Source: Candidatus Cloacimonadales bacterium (lineage in GTDB: Bacteria > Cloacimonadota > Cloacimonadia > Cloacimonadales > JAIOQZ01). Taken from it: DNA of 64,000 bases. The stretch spans positions 448,001-512,000 of the forward strand of contig CAXXTU010000002.1 of NCBI GenBank assembly GCA_963662655.2, given 5' to 3'. How positions within the stretch are numbered: position 1 is the first letter of the stretch; every line of letters begins with the position of its first letter. Positions 51,204 to 59,501 of this stretch are shown here, piece by piece. The notes below the pieces were generated by a model. That model was not told the origin of the DNA, did no database searches, and was given only the letters and a program-made list of their open reading frames with translations. The position numbers and the translations under genes were made by a program.

Positions 51204-52264
51204 GAGTACTTGTTATTGATGACGATAAAAATAGCATAGAGCCTTTGCTGGATGACCTGAATGAACAAGAGCACGAAGCTTGTTTCAATAACTTTGTCGA
51301 TGAATCGGAAATACTGAAGCTGGTATCAGACACGTTGCCAGACCTACTTGTTCTCGACTTGAAAAATGCCGCTCAGCAATCGGGTGACAATGATATAGCA
51401 GGTTCAAAGATTTTCGAACAAATATGGCAAGAACGATTCTTTCCGGTTCTGATTTACTCTGCATATCCTGATTTAGTCTTAAATAGACTTCCGAAAAACC
51501 CGTTTATAGGAAGAGTAACGAAGGGTGCGAACTCTGAAAAGGAAGTAATAAATTGGATTAACGGGAAACAGAATGTTGTTGAATTGCTTCATGAGATTGA
51601 TAATGAAGTGGCAAAATCAAAACACGATACCCTCAAGTCCATAACCCATTATCTTGGTGAAGGTTTACCGGAAGCGAAAATTGTTAGCTATCTTATTAAA
51701 AGACGTGTCGCAGCACTAATGGATATTGCCGACGGTGACATTTCGGTTCCGGCGTGTTTCAGATACATTTATCCACCAATATGTAAGTATTCAAGGATGG
51801 GAGATGTAATTGCAAAGAGGGATAGCAAAGAATTCTGGATAATTCTAACTCCATCCTGTGATATGGGCGATGATGGGCAAGAACCGAAAGTAAAAAAAGT
51901 TATAGCTGCTCGGTGCTATGAAATTAGTCCAGATCGAGTTGACGAGTTCAAGTTTGGAAAGAAGAAGAACAAAATACGACAAGTTCTAACTCAAGGACAT
52001 CAAAAAGAATTCATACCGATACCTTCATTGCCTGAAAAGTTTCCTCATTTAGTTGTGAATTTTAAGGAAATCGAATTAATACCAATCGAAGAAATAGGGG
52101 ATTCTGATAATGTGAAGTATAGGAGAATCGTCTCAATTGATAGCCCCTATCGCGAGCAAATCTCTTGGGCATTCATTCAGGTAGCCGGTCGTCCGGGAGT
52201 ACCGAGTGTTGATATTGATAAATGGGCAGAGGAACTTGAAGTACTATTCGGTGGGAACTCATGA
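51200..52264 (+). CDS. Response-regulator receiver protein with an uncharacterised C-terminal domain
   Basis: VLVIDDD, LVLD and IYSA; C-terminal GD....ILTPSCD...R.G.P. Confidence 0.8.
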   Translation: MRVLVIDDDKNSIEPLLDDLNEQEHEACFNNFVDESEILKLVSDTLPDLLVLDLKNAAQQSGDNDIAGSKIFEQIWQERFFPVLIYSAYPDLVLNRLPKNPFIGRVTKGANSEKEVINWINGKQNVVELLHEIDNEVAKSKHDTLKSITHYLGEGLPEAKIVSYLIKRRVAALMDIADGDISVPACFRYIYPPICKYSRMGDVIAKRDSKEFWIILTPSCDMGDDGQEPKVKKVIAARCYEISPDRVDEFKFGKKKNKIRQVLTQGHQKEFIPIPSLPEKFPHLVVNFKEIELIPIEEIGDSDNVKYRRIVSIDSPYREQISWAFIQVAGRPGVPSVDIDKWAEELEVLFGGNS

Positions 52265-53316
52265 TCGGTCTTGATTTTTTTTGCGGAGCCGGTGGACTTA
52301 CCAGAGGATTAATAGATGCCGGAATACAGGTTCTTGGCGGTATTGATTTGGATAATCGGTGCAAAAATACATATGAGAACAACAACAATGCCGTATTTTG
52401 GGATGCCGATATTCGTGAAATCAATGGACATATGATCAAAGAGCGTTTCCCGAAGCTCTTTAAACAAACTGACGATGTCCTTTTTGCTGGATGTGCACCT
52501 TGTCAGCCGTTTAGTCAACAGAGAAATTCAAAAACAGAAAGACCGGACAAAAACATCTTACTTGAATTCGGTCGTCTTATTGAAGAGTGTAAACCTGGGT
52601 GGGTTCTTATTGAGAATGTACCGGGTATTGCATTAAGTCGAGATCCTAAAACAACGCCATATAGTTGTTTTCTTAAAATCCTTAATCGTTGTGGATATCG
52701 ATATGCTCCGGATTTCATTAACGCTAAAGATTACGGTGTTCCACAAAATCGCAGACGCTTCGTTCTGCTTGCGACAAGAATACCCGATATAGAAATAACT
52801 CTTCCAAAAAAGACACATGGCTCTGGTCTTGCGGAATACAAAACTGTCCGACAAACTATTTCGCAATATCCTCCAATATCGCAAGGAATGACGGATTCAT
52901 CCATTCCGAATCATACAAGCGCTAAATTGTCTCCTATCAATTTGCATCGCTTACAAGTGACTCCACATGATGGCGGCGATAGGCGTTCATGGCCAGAGCA
53001 TCTTGTGCTCAAGTGCCATAAAAATCATTCTGGACATACTGATGTATATGGGCGTATGTATTGGGGACAACCTGCTCCGACTCTGACAAGTAAGTGCACT
53101 AGTATCTCTAACGGTAGGTACGGACATCCGGAACAAGATAGAGCAATTTCACAAAGAGAAGCAGCAGCGTTACAGACATTTCCCGATGATTACGTCTTTT
53201 TCGGTTCGACTCCATCGATTGCCATGCAAATAGGGAATGCAGTACCTGTATTGCTCGGAATGCGTCTTGGCGAGCATATATTAGATTTACTCAACAGGAC
53301 AAATCGGGGTAATTAG
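52261..53316 (+). CDS. dcm: DNA cytosine-C5 methyltransferase
   Basis: DFFCGAGG, PCQPFS, ENV, PQNRRR, REAAALQTFPD and IGNAVP motifs. Confidence 0.93.
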   Translation: MIGLDFFCGAGGLTRGLIDAGIQVLGGIDLDNRCKNTYENNNNAVFWDADIREINGHMIKERFPKLFKQTDDVLFAGCAPCQPFSQQRNSKTERPDKNILLEFGRLIEECKPGWVLIENVPGIALSRDPKTTPYSCFLKILNRCGYRYAPDFINAKDYGVPQNRRRFVLLATRIPDIEITLPKKTHGSGLAEYKTVRQTISQYPPISQGMTDSSIPNHTSAKLSPINLHRLQVTPHDGGDRRSWPEHLVLKCHKNHSGHTDVYGRMYWGQPAPTLTSKCTSISNGRYGHPEQDRAISQREAAALQTFPDDYVFFGSTPSIAMQIGNAVPVLLGMRLGEHILDLLNRTNRGN

Positions 53317-54074
53317 TGCTTAAATACGCATTCAGAACTAATGATGTCTATTCTCGAAAAGATGTGTATCGTGTAATCGGTATTTCCGAGGACACTCATG
53401 GTGGAGTATGGGACACCGGCTATGCAATACACAATGAAGACTATTTCATCTTCACAAACGTTGGAGTGCCTGGAAGGACCGGTCATAATTACAAAAACAG
53501 ATTTGAAGGTGACCGTCTCATCTGGTTCGCCAAAACAGTACCAAAAATAGGGCAACCGCAGATCAAGGAACTATTATCTCCACCAGGATATGTGTATGTG
53601 TTTTTCCGTACTGAGAACAAAGCTCCCTTTACCTATGCAGGCACTGCAATACCAATAGCTTTCGAGGATGTTTCGCCTGTCCAAATAACCTGGCAAATAA
53701 TTAATGAATATACTCATACAACCATAATGACTGAAGAAGACACCGAATTACATGAGGGGAAAGCTCTTTATCGTACGGGATTAATCTTCGAACGAAATCC
53801 TTTAGCACGTAAAAGATGCATTGATCATTACGGATGTCGTTGCTATGTATGTGGTTTTAACTTTGAATATGTGTACGGAGAAAAAGGGAGAGGATTCATC
53901 CATGTACACCATTTGGTTCCTCTTTCCAACATAGGTTCCGACTACATTATCAATCCTATTGAAGATTTGAGACCCATTTGCCCTAATTGTCATGCAATGA
54001 TTCATAGGCAGTCACCAGCTCTTTCGATTGATGAACTGAAGCATGAGATGAGAAATCAGTACGATTCCGAGTAG
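53316..54074 (+). CDS. HNH endonuclease (McrA-like C-terminus) with SRA/DUF3427-like N-terminal domain
   Basis: EG....ERN..AR..C, CYVCGFNF...YG..G.GFIHVHH, DL.PICPNCHAMIH. Confidence 0.85.
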   Translation: MLKYAFRTNDVYSRKDVYRVIGISEDTHGGVWDTGYAIHNEDYFIFTNVGVPGRTGHNYKNRFEGDRLIWFAKTVPKIGQPQIKELLSPPGYVYVFFRTENKAPFTYAGTAIPIAFEDVSPVQITWQIINEYTHTTIMTEEDTELHEGKALYRTGLIFERNPLARKRCIDHYGCRCYVCGFNFEYVYGEKGRGFIHVHHLVPLSNIGSDYIINPIEDLRPICPNCHAMIHRQSPALSIDELKHEMRNQYDSE

Positions 54075-54118
54075 TTCTCAATCCCCTGAAAATACTGCAG
54101 ATATCCCCGCTAATATAC

Positions 54119-54146
54119 TTGACTTCCTTTGCGCGATCTTTATCGT
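54119..54146 (+). promoter_or_regulatory. Putative promoter of the small moron gene
   Basis: TTGACT-N16-TATCGT; RBS AAAGGAG just before the ATG at 54178. Confidence 0.5.
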
Positions 54147-54180
54147 AGAGACATACTTAGGAGCACAAAGGAGACTTATG

Positions 54181-54226
54181 CGTTCCCAAGGGGAACGGCC
54201 CTTGCGGATCGCGAAGCGACCGCCCG
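54181..54226. repeat. Structured micro-insertion D between two ATGs
   Basis: Hairpins CGTTCCC-AAG-GGGAACG and GCGG-A-TCGC-GAA-GCGA-CCGC; ATG at 54178 and at 54227. Confidence 0.7.
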
Positions 54227-54526
54227 ATGGAGACGAAAAAGACCACACAGACCACCCCGAAGACGATGATCATCAACGCGAAGATTTCAGGTAGTATGAG
54301 AGCTACTTTCAAGGGCGAAAACGGCGAGGTGATGAAGAACTACGACGGCCCAGTACCGGAGTTCATGCCGGAGCGACACTGGGGAGATTACATCAACCTC
54401 GAAATCGACATCGAGACAGGCCGCATCCTCAACTGGAACACCACCCGGCATGACGTAGCCGATTTCATGAACGCACCTGAAAACACCGCAGACTTCACCG
54501 ACCCCGACGAAGAATTAGCTCCATAA
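54227..54526 (+). CDS. Small acidic hypothetical protein, separated from its RBS by insertion D
   Basis: 99 aa; followed by hairpin AACTGGC/GCCAGTT and Ts. Confidence 0.65.
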   Translation: METKKTTQTTPKTMIINAKISGSMRATFKGENGEVMKNYDGPVPEFMPERHWGDYINLEIDIETGRILNWNTTRHDVADFMNAPENTADFTDPDEELAP

Positions 54527-54588
54527 ACACCGACAACTGGCATTACCGCCAGTTTTCCTCGTTGGTCCCTTTTACTCCTACAAATCCC

Positions 54589-55467
54589 CTAAATCACCAC
54601 CTCCGTCCCTGTCCTGCACTTCCAGTGGAACGGCGGGAAAGGCGTGTGGCTTCCTGAGACGCCGGTGGGCTTGCCGGATGCGTTTCGCTCTATCATGTCG
54701 TCGCTGACCCACGGCGCAAGCTCCTTCGTGCGTTCTCGCGCGGATTCGAGGCTGTGCTGCTTCGGATCGATGGCGAGCAGGTCTTCCATCACATCGAGCG
54801 CGTCGGAGAGCGGATAGACCTTGTTCTGCGCGGCAAGGGCGCGGCAGATATCCGACGTACGATCATCGAGGACGACCACCAGCCGGTAGTACCTTGCGCC
54901 GGCCTTGCGATACCCCTCCAGCCTTCCAAACTCCCGAATCCTCAGCGCGGTATGCTCCGCAAGCCCCTGCCAGTAGTGCTGCGACTTCGCGCCCAAGTCC
55001 TTGAACTGCTCCGCGAGCTTCTCTTGCAACATCTTTTTCGTGTAGCCTGACGCGACAGCCTCGGTCAGTGTGGAGCGAAACTTCTGCGAAATGTCCGTGC
55101 CGTAGCGTTCGCCGATCCAGAAAAGGTTCTGGCGGGTGATGACGGTCTCGAGACGCTTTTCACGCGCACCGTACAAGCCGATGCGAGTGTTGTGCGGAAC
55201 CTGCTTTTGCGCGTCGTTTAAGCCCGGCAGCATGCACCGCTGGATGTACGCCTTCGTCTCGGCTCGCACAGCGGACGAAAAATCCTCGCCGAGGTTGGAG
55301 TCAATGACGGCGAGAACGTCGTCGATATGGGTGCGATTGAGCCGCTCGTGACGTGGAATGTCCGACAACGCCCTGATGGCCTGCATCGCCGACTCGCGCA
55401 CCTCGCGCTGCCAGGCGTTGTTGAGGACGCGGTAGTACTCGAGCATGATGCGGTCGAAGTAGGTCAA
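54589..55467 (-). CDS. Phage head morphogenesis protein (Mu gpF/SPP1 gp7 family)
   Basis: LDDRTSDIC and PPFHWKCR motifs; TTG start overlapping the terminase stop. Confidence 0.85.
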   Translation of the reverse strand: MTYFDRIMLEYYRVLNNAWQREVRESAMQAIRALSDIPRHERLNRTHIDDVLAVIDSNLGEDFSSAVRAETKAYIQRCMLPGLNDAQKQVPHNTRIGLYGAREKRLETVITRQNLFWIGERYGTDISQKFRSTLTEAVASGYTKKMLQEKLAEQFKDLGAKSQHYWQGLAEHTALRIREFGRLEGYRKAGARYYRLVVVLDDRTSDICRALAAQNKVYPLSDALDVMEDLLAIDPKQHSLESARERTKELAPWVSDDMIERNASGKPTGVSGSHTPFPPFHWKCRTGTEVVI

Positions 55468-57067
55468 AACCGGAAGCTCCGAACTCTGGTTCTGTTGCGG
55501 CCGGTGTCGTATTCGGGGAAGCGTTCGAGGCAGCCTGCGAGGGCGTCCGGGCCATCGACGTAGCCCTGCGGATAGGTGAGGAACTGGCTGACGAGGGTCG
55601 GCGTGTCCTGCCCGTCGGGAAAGACGACCTTGCCGGTCTCGATGACGGTGTCCACGCGCTCGATGCGCAGAGCCTTGTTGCGGTCGTTGTTGACGCGCCG
55701 GATACGGTGCGAGATGGGATTGCGCCCGTTCTCGCGGCACCAGCGGTCGAAGTCGGCGAGGATGCGGTGCTGCCCGTAATTGGTCTCCATCGCGGCGCGG
55801 AAGCGGACCCCGAAGCGGTGCGACAGCTCGTCGCAGGCGTCGTAGTAGAACTGGAAGAAACGCGAGTTTTCGGTCTGGCGCACCCAGCAGTGGATCATGT
55901 AGAACTTCAAGCCGTCGTAGCCCAGGGAGATTATGGCTTTGTAGCAGCCTGTTTGAACGAAGTGAAAACCGCCAGCGCCAGGTTTTTGCGAAGCAAAATA
56001 CCGAGAGCGACTACCTTTAATGCTGGGTCGGCGTACATCCAGACGCGCTTCATGCGCTTGGGCAGGTGTGAATACCGCTTGAACCAGTGGTGCTTGAACA
56101 TGTTGCCCTCGATCACCGGCACGCCGAGAAACTCGCGCTGATAGCCCGTGTGACCGAACTTGCGGCGCAGCAAAGGCAGCTCGCTGGTCGGGTACTGCTT
56201 TTCCCAGACCGACTTGCCGTCATCGGTTTCCAGAGAGAAGCGCAGCAGCCGCCTTCCCTCTGCGAACAGATGCTGGATGTCGTCCGGATTGAAGGAGTCG
56301 TTGTCGGACTTGATCTCCTCGACGATCGACTCCATGAACTGGCATATCGCGTAGTTGGGGTGGACGAGGTTGCCGAGCCAGATCACCTTGCCCGTACCAG
56401 ATGGATCGAGCGCGCCGCCGATCTCCTGCACGATCTTGTCCATGCGCCGCCTGCCGATGGTCTGGTTCCCGACGTTCTCTTCCTTGTCGATGTCGTCACA
56501 GACGATCAGGCCGGGGCGCGTGGAGGTGCGGGGATTGATCGAGCCGCGAAAGGATTGCTTCACACCTCGTGCGCGAATACGGCAGCGGTTGCGGAGGTAG
56601 AAATCATCCTCGGTCGTGTCGATGGGACGCAGGTCGTCGAAGTCGCCGAGAAGCCGCTTGTTGTTGGTCAGCTCGTTGAAGGTGAACGCCGTCCTCTCCT
56701 CCGCCAGATCGACGTCGGCGGCCGTGTGGATCACGTACCTCTCGCCCTTGATCACCCGCCAGATCGGATAGACGACGCCCATGAGCACGGTCTTGCCCAA
56801 GCCGCGAAATCCCGTGATGGCGGTAACGCCGCTCTCGGCTTCCACCACCTCGAACATCTCGCGGTGACAGTCACAGAAGGGGTGCTCGAAGATATGCGGG
56901 AAGTAGCTGCAGCAGAAGAAGGAAAAGGACGACCAACCCTCGCCTGTGGCGCGTTCGATGCGCGCCTTGCGAGCTTGCGGGGAGTCGTCGGGGAAGGGTT
57001 TGACCGACGGTGTCTTCGCCGCGACGGAAGTGAAGAAGCGCAGGTCTTTCTGGGTCGGTTTAGGCAT
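55464..57067 (-). pseudogene. Terminase large subunit interrupted by a ~70-nt hairpin insertion
   Basis: ATPase FRGLGKT and LIVCDD, nuclease YADPA and D.PDAL; the frame changes across 55951-56020 and the downstream frame resumes as GCYKAIISLGYDG. Confidence 0.85.
55951..56020. repeat. Structured micro-insertion E
   Basis: GTTT-GA-AC-GAA-GT-GA-AAAC and GGTTTTTGC-GAA-GCAAAA-T-ACC. Confidence 0.78.
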
Positions 57068-57521
57068 GGCTGGCGCGACTCATGAAGTAGGCCACGAGCC
57101 CGTCGTCGCCGAGTATCTCGCGCTGAATGGCTTTGGCAGTCGCTTCGTCGCCGCGAGCGTGGTAGAAATCGATCTGCCAGTCCAGGAACCGCTTCATGTG
57201 GTCGATCAAGTCCTTACTCGGCTCCAGCTCCTTCTGATACTGCTTCAGGAGCGATACCAACGACTGCAGCGCCGTGTCCTGCGGGTTGTCGGCGTACTGC
57301 TTGAGGGCCATCAGGAGGGCGCGGCGGATGTTGAGCCGAATCTTCGCGTCGAGAGTTTCGAGCTCGTCCAGCTCGTCACGCCAGCCGCCCTCCCTGATCC
57401 ACTTGCGCACCGTCTTGGGCGTGACGCTGAGCACGTCGGCCAGCTCGCGCACGACAGTCCGCCCCGCGAGGAACATCTCGCGGCAGCTTTCGCGTTTGGC
57501 TTCGTAGTTTTCGGCCATCAC
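57060..57521 (-). CDS. Putative terminase small subunit (N-terminal HTH)
   Basis: ELADVLSVTPKTVRKW...GW; immediately upstream of the large terminase. Confidence 0.7.
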   Translation of the reverse strand: MMAENYEAKRESCREMFLAGRTVVRELADVLSVTPKTVRKWIREGGWRDELDELETLDAKIRLNIRRALLMALKQYADNPQDTALQSLVSLLKQYQKELEPSKDLIDHMKRFLDWQIDFYHARGDEATAKAIQREILGDDGLVAYFMSRASHA

Positions 57522-57709
57522 TCGTTCAGCGGGTCGACCTGATGCGTCGCCAGATAACTGTTCAGGGACTGCCCGTGAACGCGAAGCTGACCGTTCGACT
57601 TCAGTCTGAACGCGGGAAGCGGTTCATCTATGCTGCGGATCATCCGGTACACCGTCGAGATGTTGACGTTCAAGCAGCCCGCGATTTCATCCGGTTGGTA
57701 GCTATTCAT
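57518..57709 (-). CDS. Excisionase-like HTH DNA-binding protein (5' end possibly altered)
   Basis: Y.PDEIA..LNV..STVYRMI.....LPAFR motif. Confidence 0.7.
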   Translation of the reverse strand: MNSYQPDEIAGCLNVNISTVYRMIRSIDEPLPAFRLKSNGQLRVHGQSLNSYLATHQVDPLNE

Positions 57710-57798
57710 AAAATTGCGTACATACCCTAAATGATTTGACAACATTATTATTGTTCGATGAATATCCATCTTGAAACATAGAAGAGGAGAAAGGGATT

Positions 57799-58569
57799 AT
57801 GGAAATCAATGATATCAAACAGCGAATTCTGAATGAGCTGAGACTGTCAACGGATGGTATTATAGGAAATATTACACTGCAGAGAAACCTTAAAATATCA
57901 CCTGATTCATTCTTTGAAGCAAGAAATGAATTGATTGACGAAGGTAAAGTAACAATGGGACGGGGCAAGGGAGGCGCTACCAAACTCGTTGACACTGAAC
58001 CTTTAAATTCTGATGTAGAAATCATAGAAAGTGACCAACACGAAGCAAAGCTTGAGAAAGACCTGTATCCGGATATTAAGAAAGTGATTGCACAGGACTG
58101 GGTGAAAGACAAACGCTTAGATAAGAATTTTGTAATTGAGATTACTGCTAACCAAGGTAGGAAACGAACCGGTGGGAAATGGTCGCGACCAGATATTACT
58201 ATTGTAGCCCTCAAATCCTATCAATATCAAATTGGTCGCTCAATAGAAGTAATAACTTTTGAAGTTAAACCCAAAGGCTATCATAAAGATAAAACCGGAG
58301 TTTTTGAAACGGCATCTCATTCTCTCTTCTCTCATTATAGTTACCTTGTTGTGCAATTAGAGGATAATACACAGCAGGTTGATGAATTGATTGACCTTTG
58401 CAATGAATTTGGGGTTGGGCTGATTACCTTTCTTGATCCTGCTAATTGGGAGACCTGGTATGAGCAAGTAGAACCTGATCGTAAAAATCCTGACCCTGAT
58501 AAAATTGACCAATTTATTAATGTACAAATGGATCAAACATCGAAGAATTCAATAATACGATGGAAATAG
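57799..58569 (+). CDS. AT-rich inserted gene: PD-(D/E)XK nuclease-like protein
   Basis: WSRPDI...FEVK; N-terminal winged-helix-like GRGKGG; opposite strand to the early operon. Confidence 0.7.
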   Translation: MEINDIKQRILNELRLSTDGIIGNITLQRNLKISPDSFFEARNELIDEGKVTMGRGKGGATKLVDTEPLNSDVEIIESDQHEAKLEKDLYPDIKKVIAQDWVKDKRLDKNFVIEITANQGRKRTGGKWSRPDITIVALKSYQYQIGRSIEVITFEVKPKGYHKDKTGVFETASHSLFSHYSYLVVQLEDNTQQVDELIDLCNEFGVGLITFLDPANWETWYEQVEPDRKNPDPDKIDQFINVQMDQTSKNSIIRWK

Positions 58570-58761
58570 TCCAAGCAGTTTTTCCTTCACTCTGTACAAT
58601 GAAGCCTTATTGCGCTCTTCTTCGACGAACTGCGGCATGAGATTGCGCACAGTCTTAGGATGAAGTCCCGTGTCGTTCGCTACATCAGCCACCCTAAATG
58701 GTCTCCTATGGTATTCGATAAATCGGTCGATGATACGCTTCGCAGGAATGTTAGGACGCAT
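58549..58761 (-). pseudogene. Early HTH gene, probably truncated by the inserted nuclease gene
   Basis: PFRVADVANDTGLHPKTV HTH; runs into AT-rich insert sequence after about 58615. Confidence 0.5.
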
Positions 58762-59485
58762 TCTTCAACTCCTGCGTTTCGAGCAGATCGCTGAGCGCGA
58801 CTTCAGACAGGTTCATGGCGGCGGCGACCTTCTCGACCGCTTCGATAATCTTGATCATCTGTCGGAAGTTGCCATGCGTGGTCTTGTGGATGTAGCTCAG
58901 GAGATCGGAGCACATTTTGACGTCCGAGACGGCGTTGCAAACAAGCTGGACGTCTGCGCGGGACAGCCGCTGAAACTCGTAGAAGTAGTTACACCTGTCG
59001 AAATAGTGCGCGTTTGCCTTGAGCAGCTTCTCACAGGCGTCCTTCATACCGACCAACACCACGATGGCCAGCGTCTCGTCGACGATGTCTCGGATCGAAC
59101 CGAGCAGCATCGGCTGGTTGAAGGCGTAATCGATCTCATCGATGACGATAACGGCGTCCGGATGTGCCTGCAGCTCGTTGATACAGCGGCGAAACAGCGT
59201 ACTCGTTGAACCGTGGTAGCCTTCACCGGAGACATCGTACCGGTAGTGAAGAAGGCTAAGCAGCTCGCGCGCGAACACCTTCGCCGTCATCGAGGCTTCG
59301 AGTCGCAGGTAAATGTAGTCGTTGGTGTAGGCGAGCCGCTTGGCGAAGCGGGTCTTACCCAGTCCCGGCGCGCCGTAGAGAAGTCCCAAGCCGACCATCT
59401 CGGTCTTGGGTCGGTTCTGCAGGTAGGCGATGCATTTCTTCGCGCCTTTCACGTTCGCGGTTTCCGCTAATACCCTTTCTTTCAT
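58751..59485 (-). CDS. MuB-like AAA+ transposition ATPase
   Basis: Walker A GAPGLGKT, Walker B IVIDEID, VLVG and GNFR; follows the transposase. Confidence 0.9.
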   Translation of the reverse strand: MKERVLAETANVKGAKKCIAYLQNRPKTEMVGLGLLYGAPGLGKTRFAKRLAYTNDYIYLRLEASMTAKVFARELLSLLHYRYDVSGEGYHGSTSTLFRRCINELQAHPDAVIVIDEIDYAFNQPMLLGSIRDIVDETLAIVVLVGMKDACEKLLKANAHYFDRCNYFYEFQRLSRADVQLVCNAVSDVKMCSDLLSYIHKTTHGNFRQMIKIIEAVEKVAAAMNLSEVALSDLLETQELKNAS

Positions 59486-59501
59486 GCTAATAAACCTCCG
59501 T

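Noticed and set aside
43226..54526. Cargo block as an integron cassette array
   Set aside because: No integron integrase, and I could not identify attC sites with paired RYYYAAC/GTTRRRY cores.
55464..57067. Group I/II intron or intein in the terminase
   Set aside because: The insert is only about 70 nt, shifts the frame and lacks catalytic intron or intein motifs.
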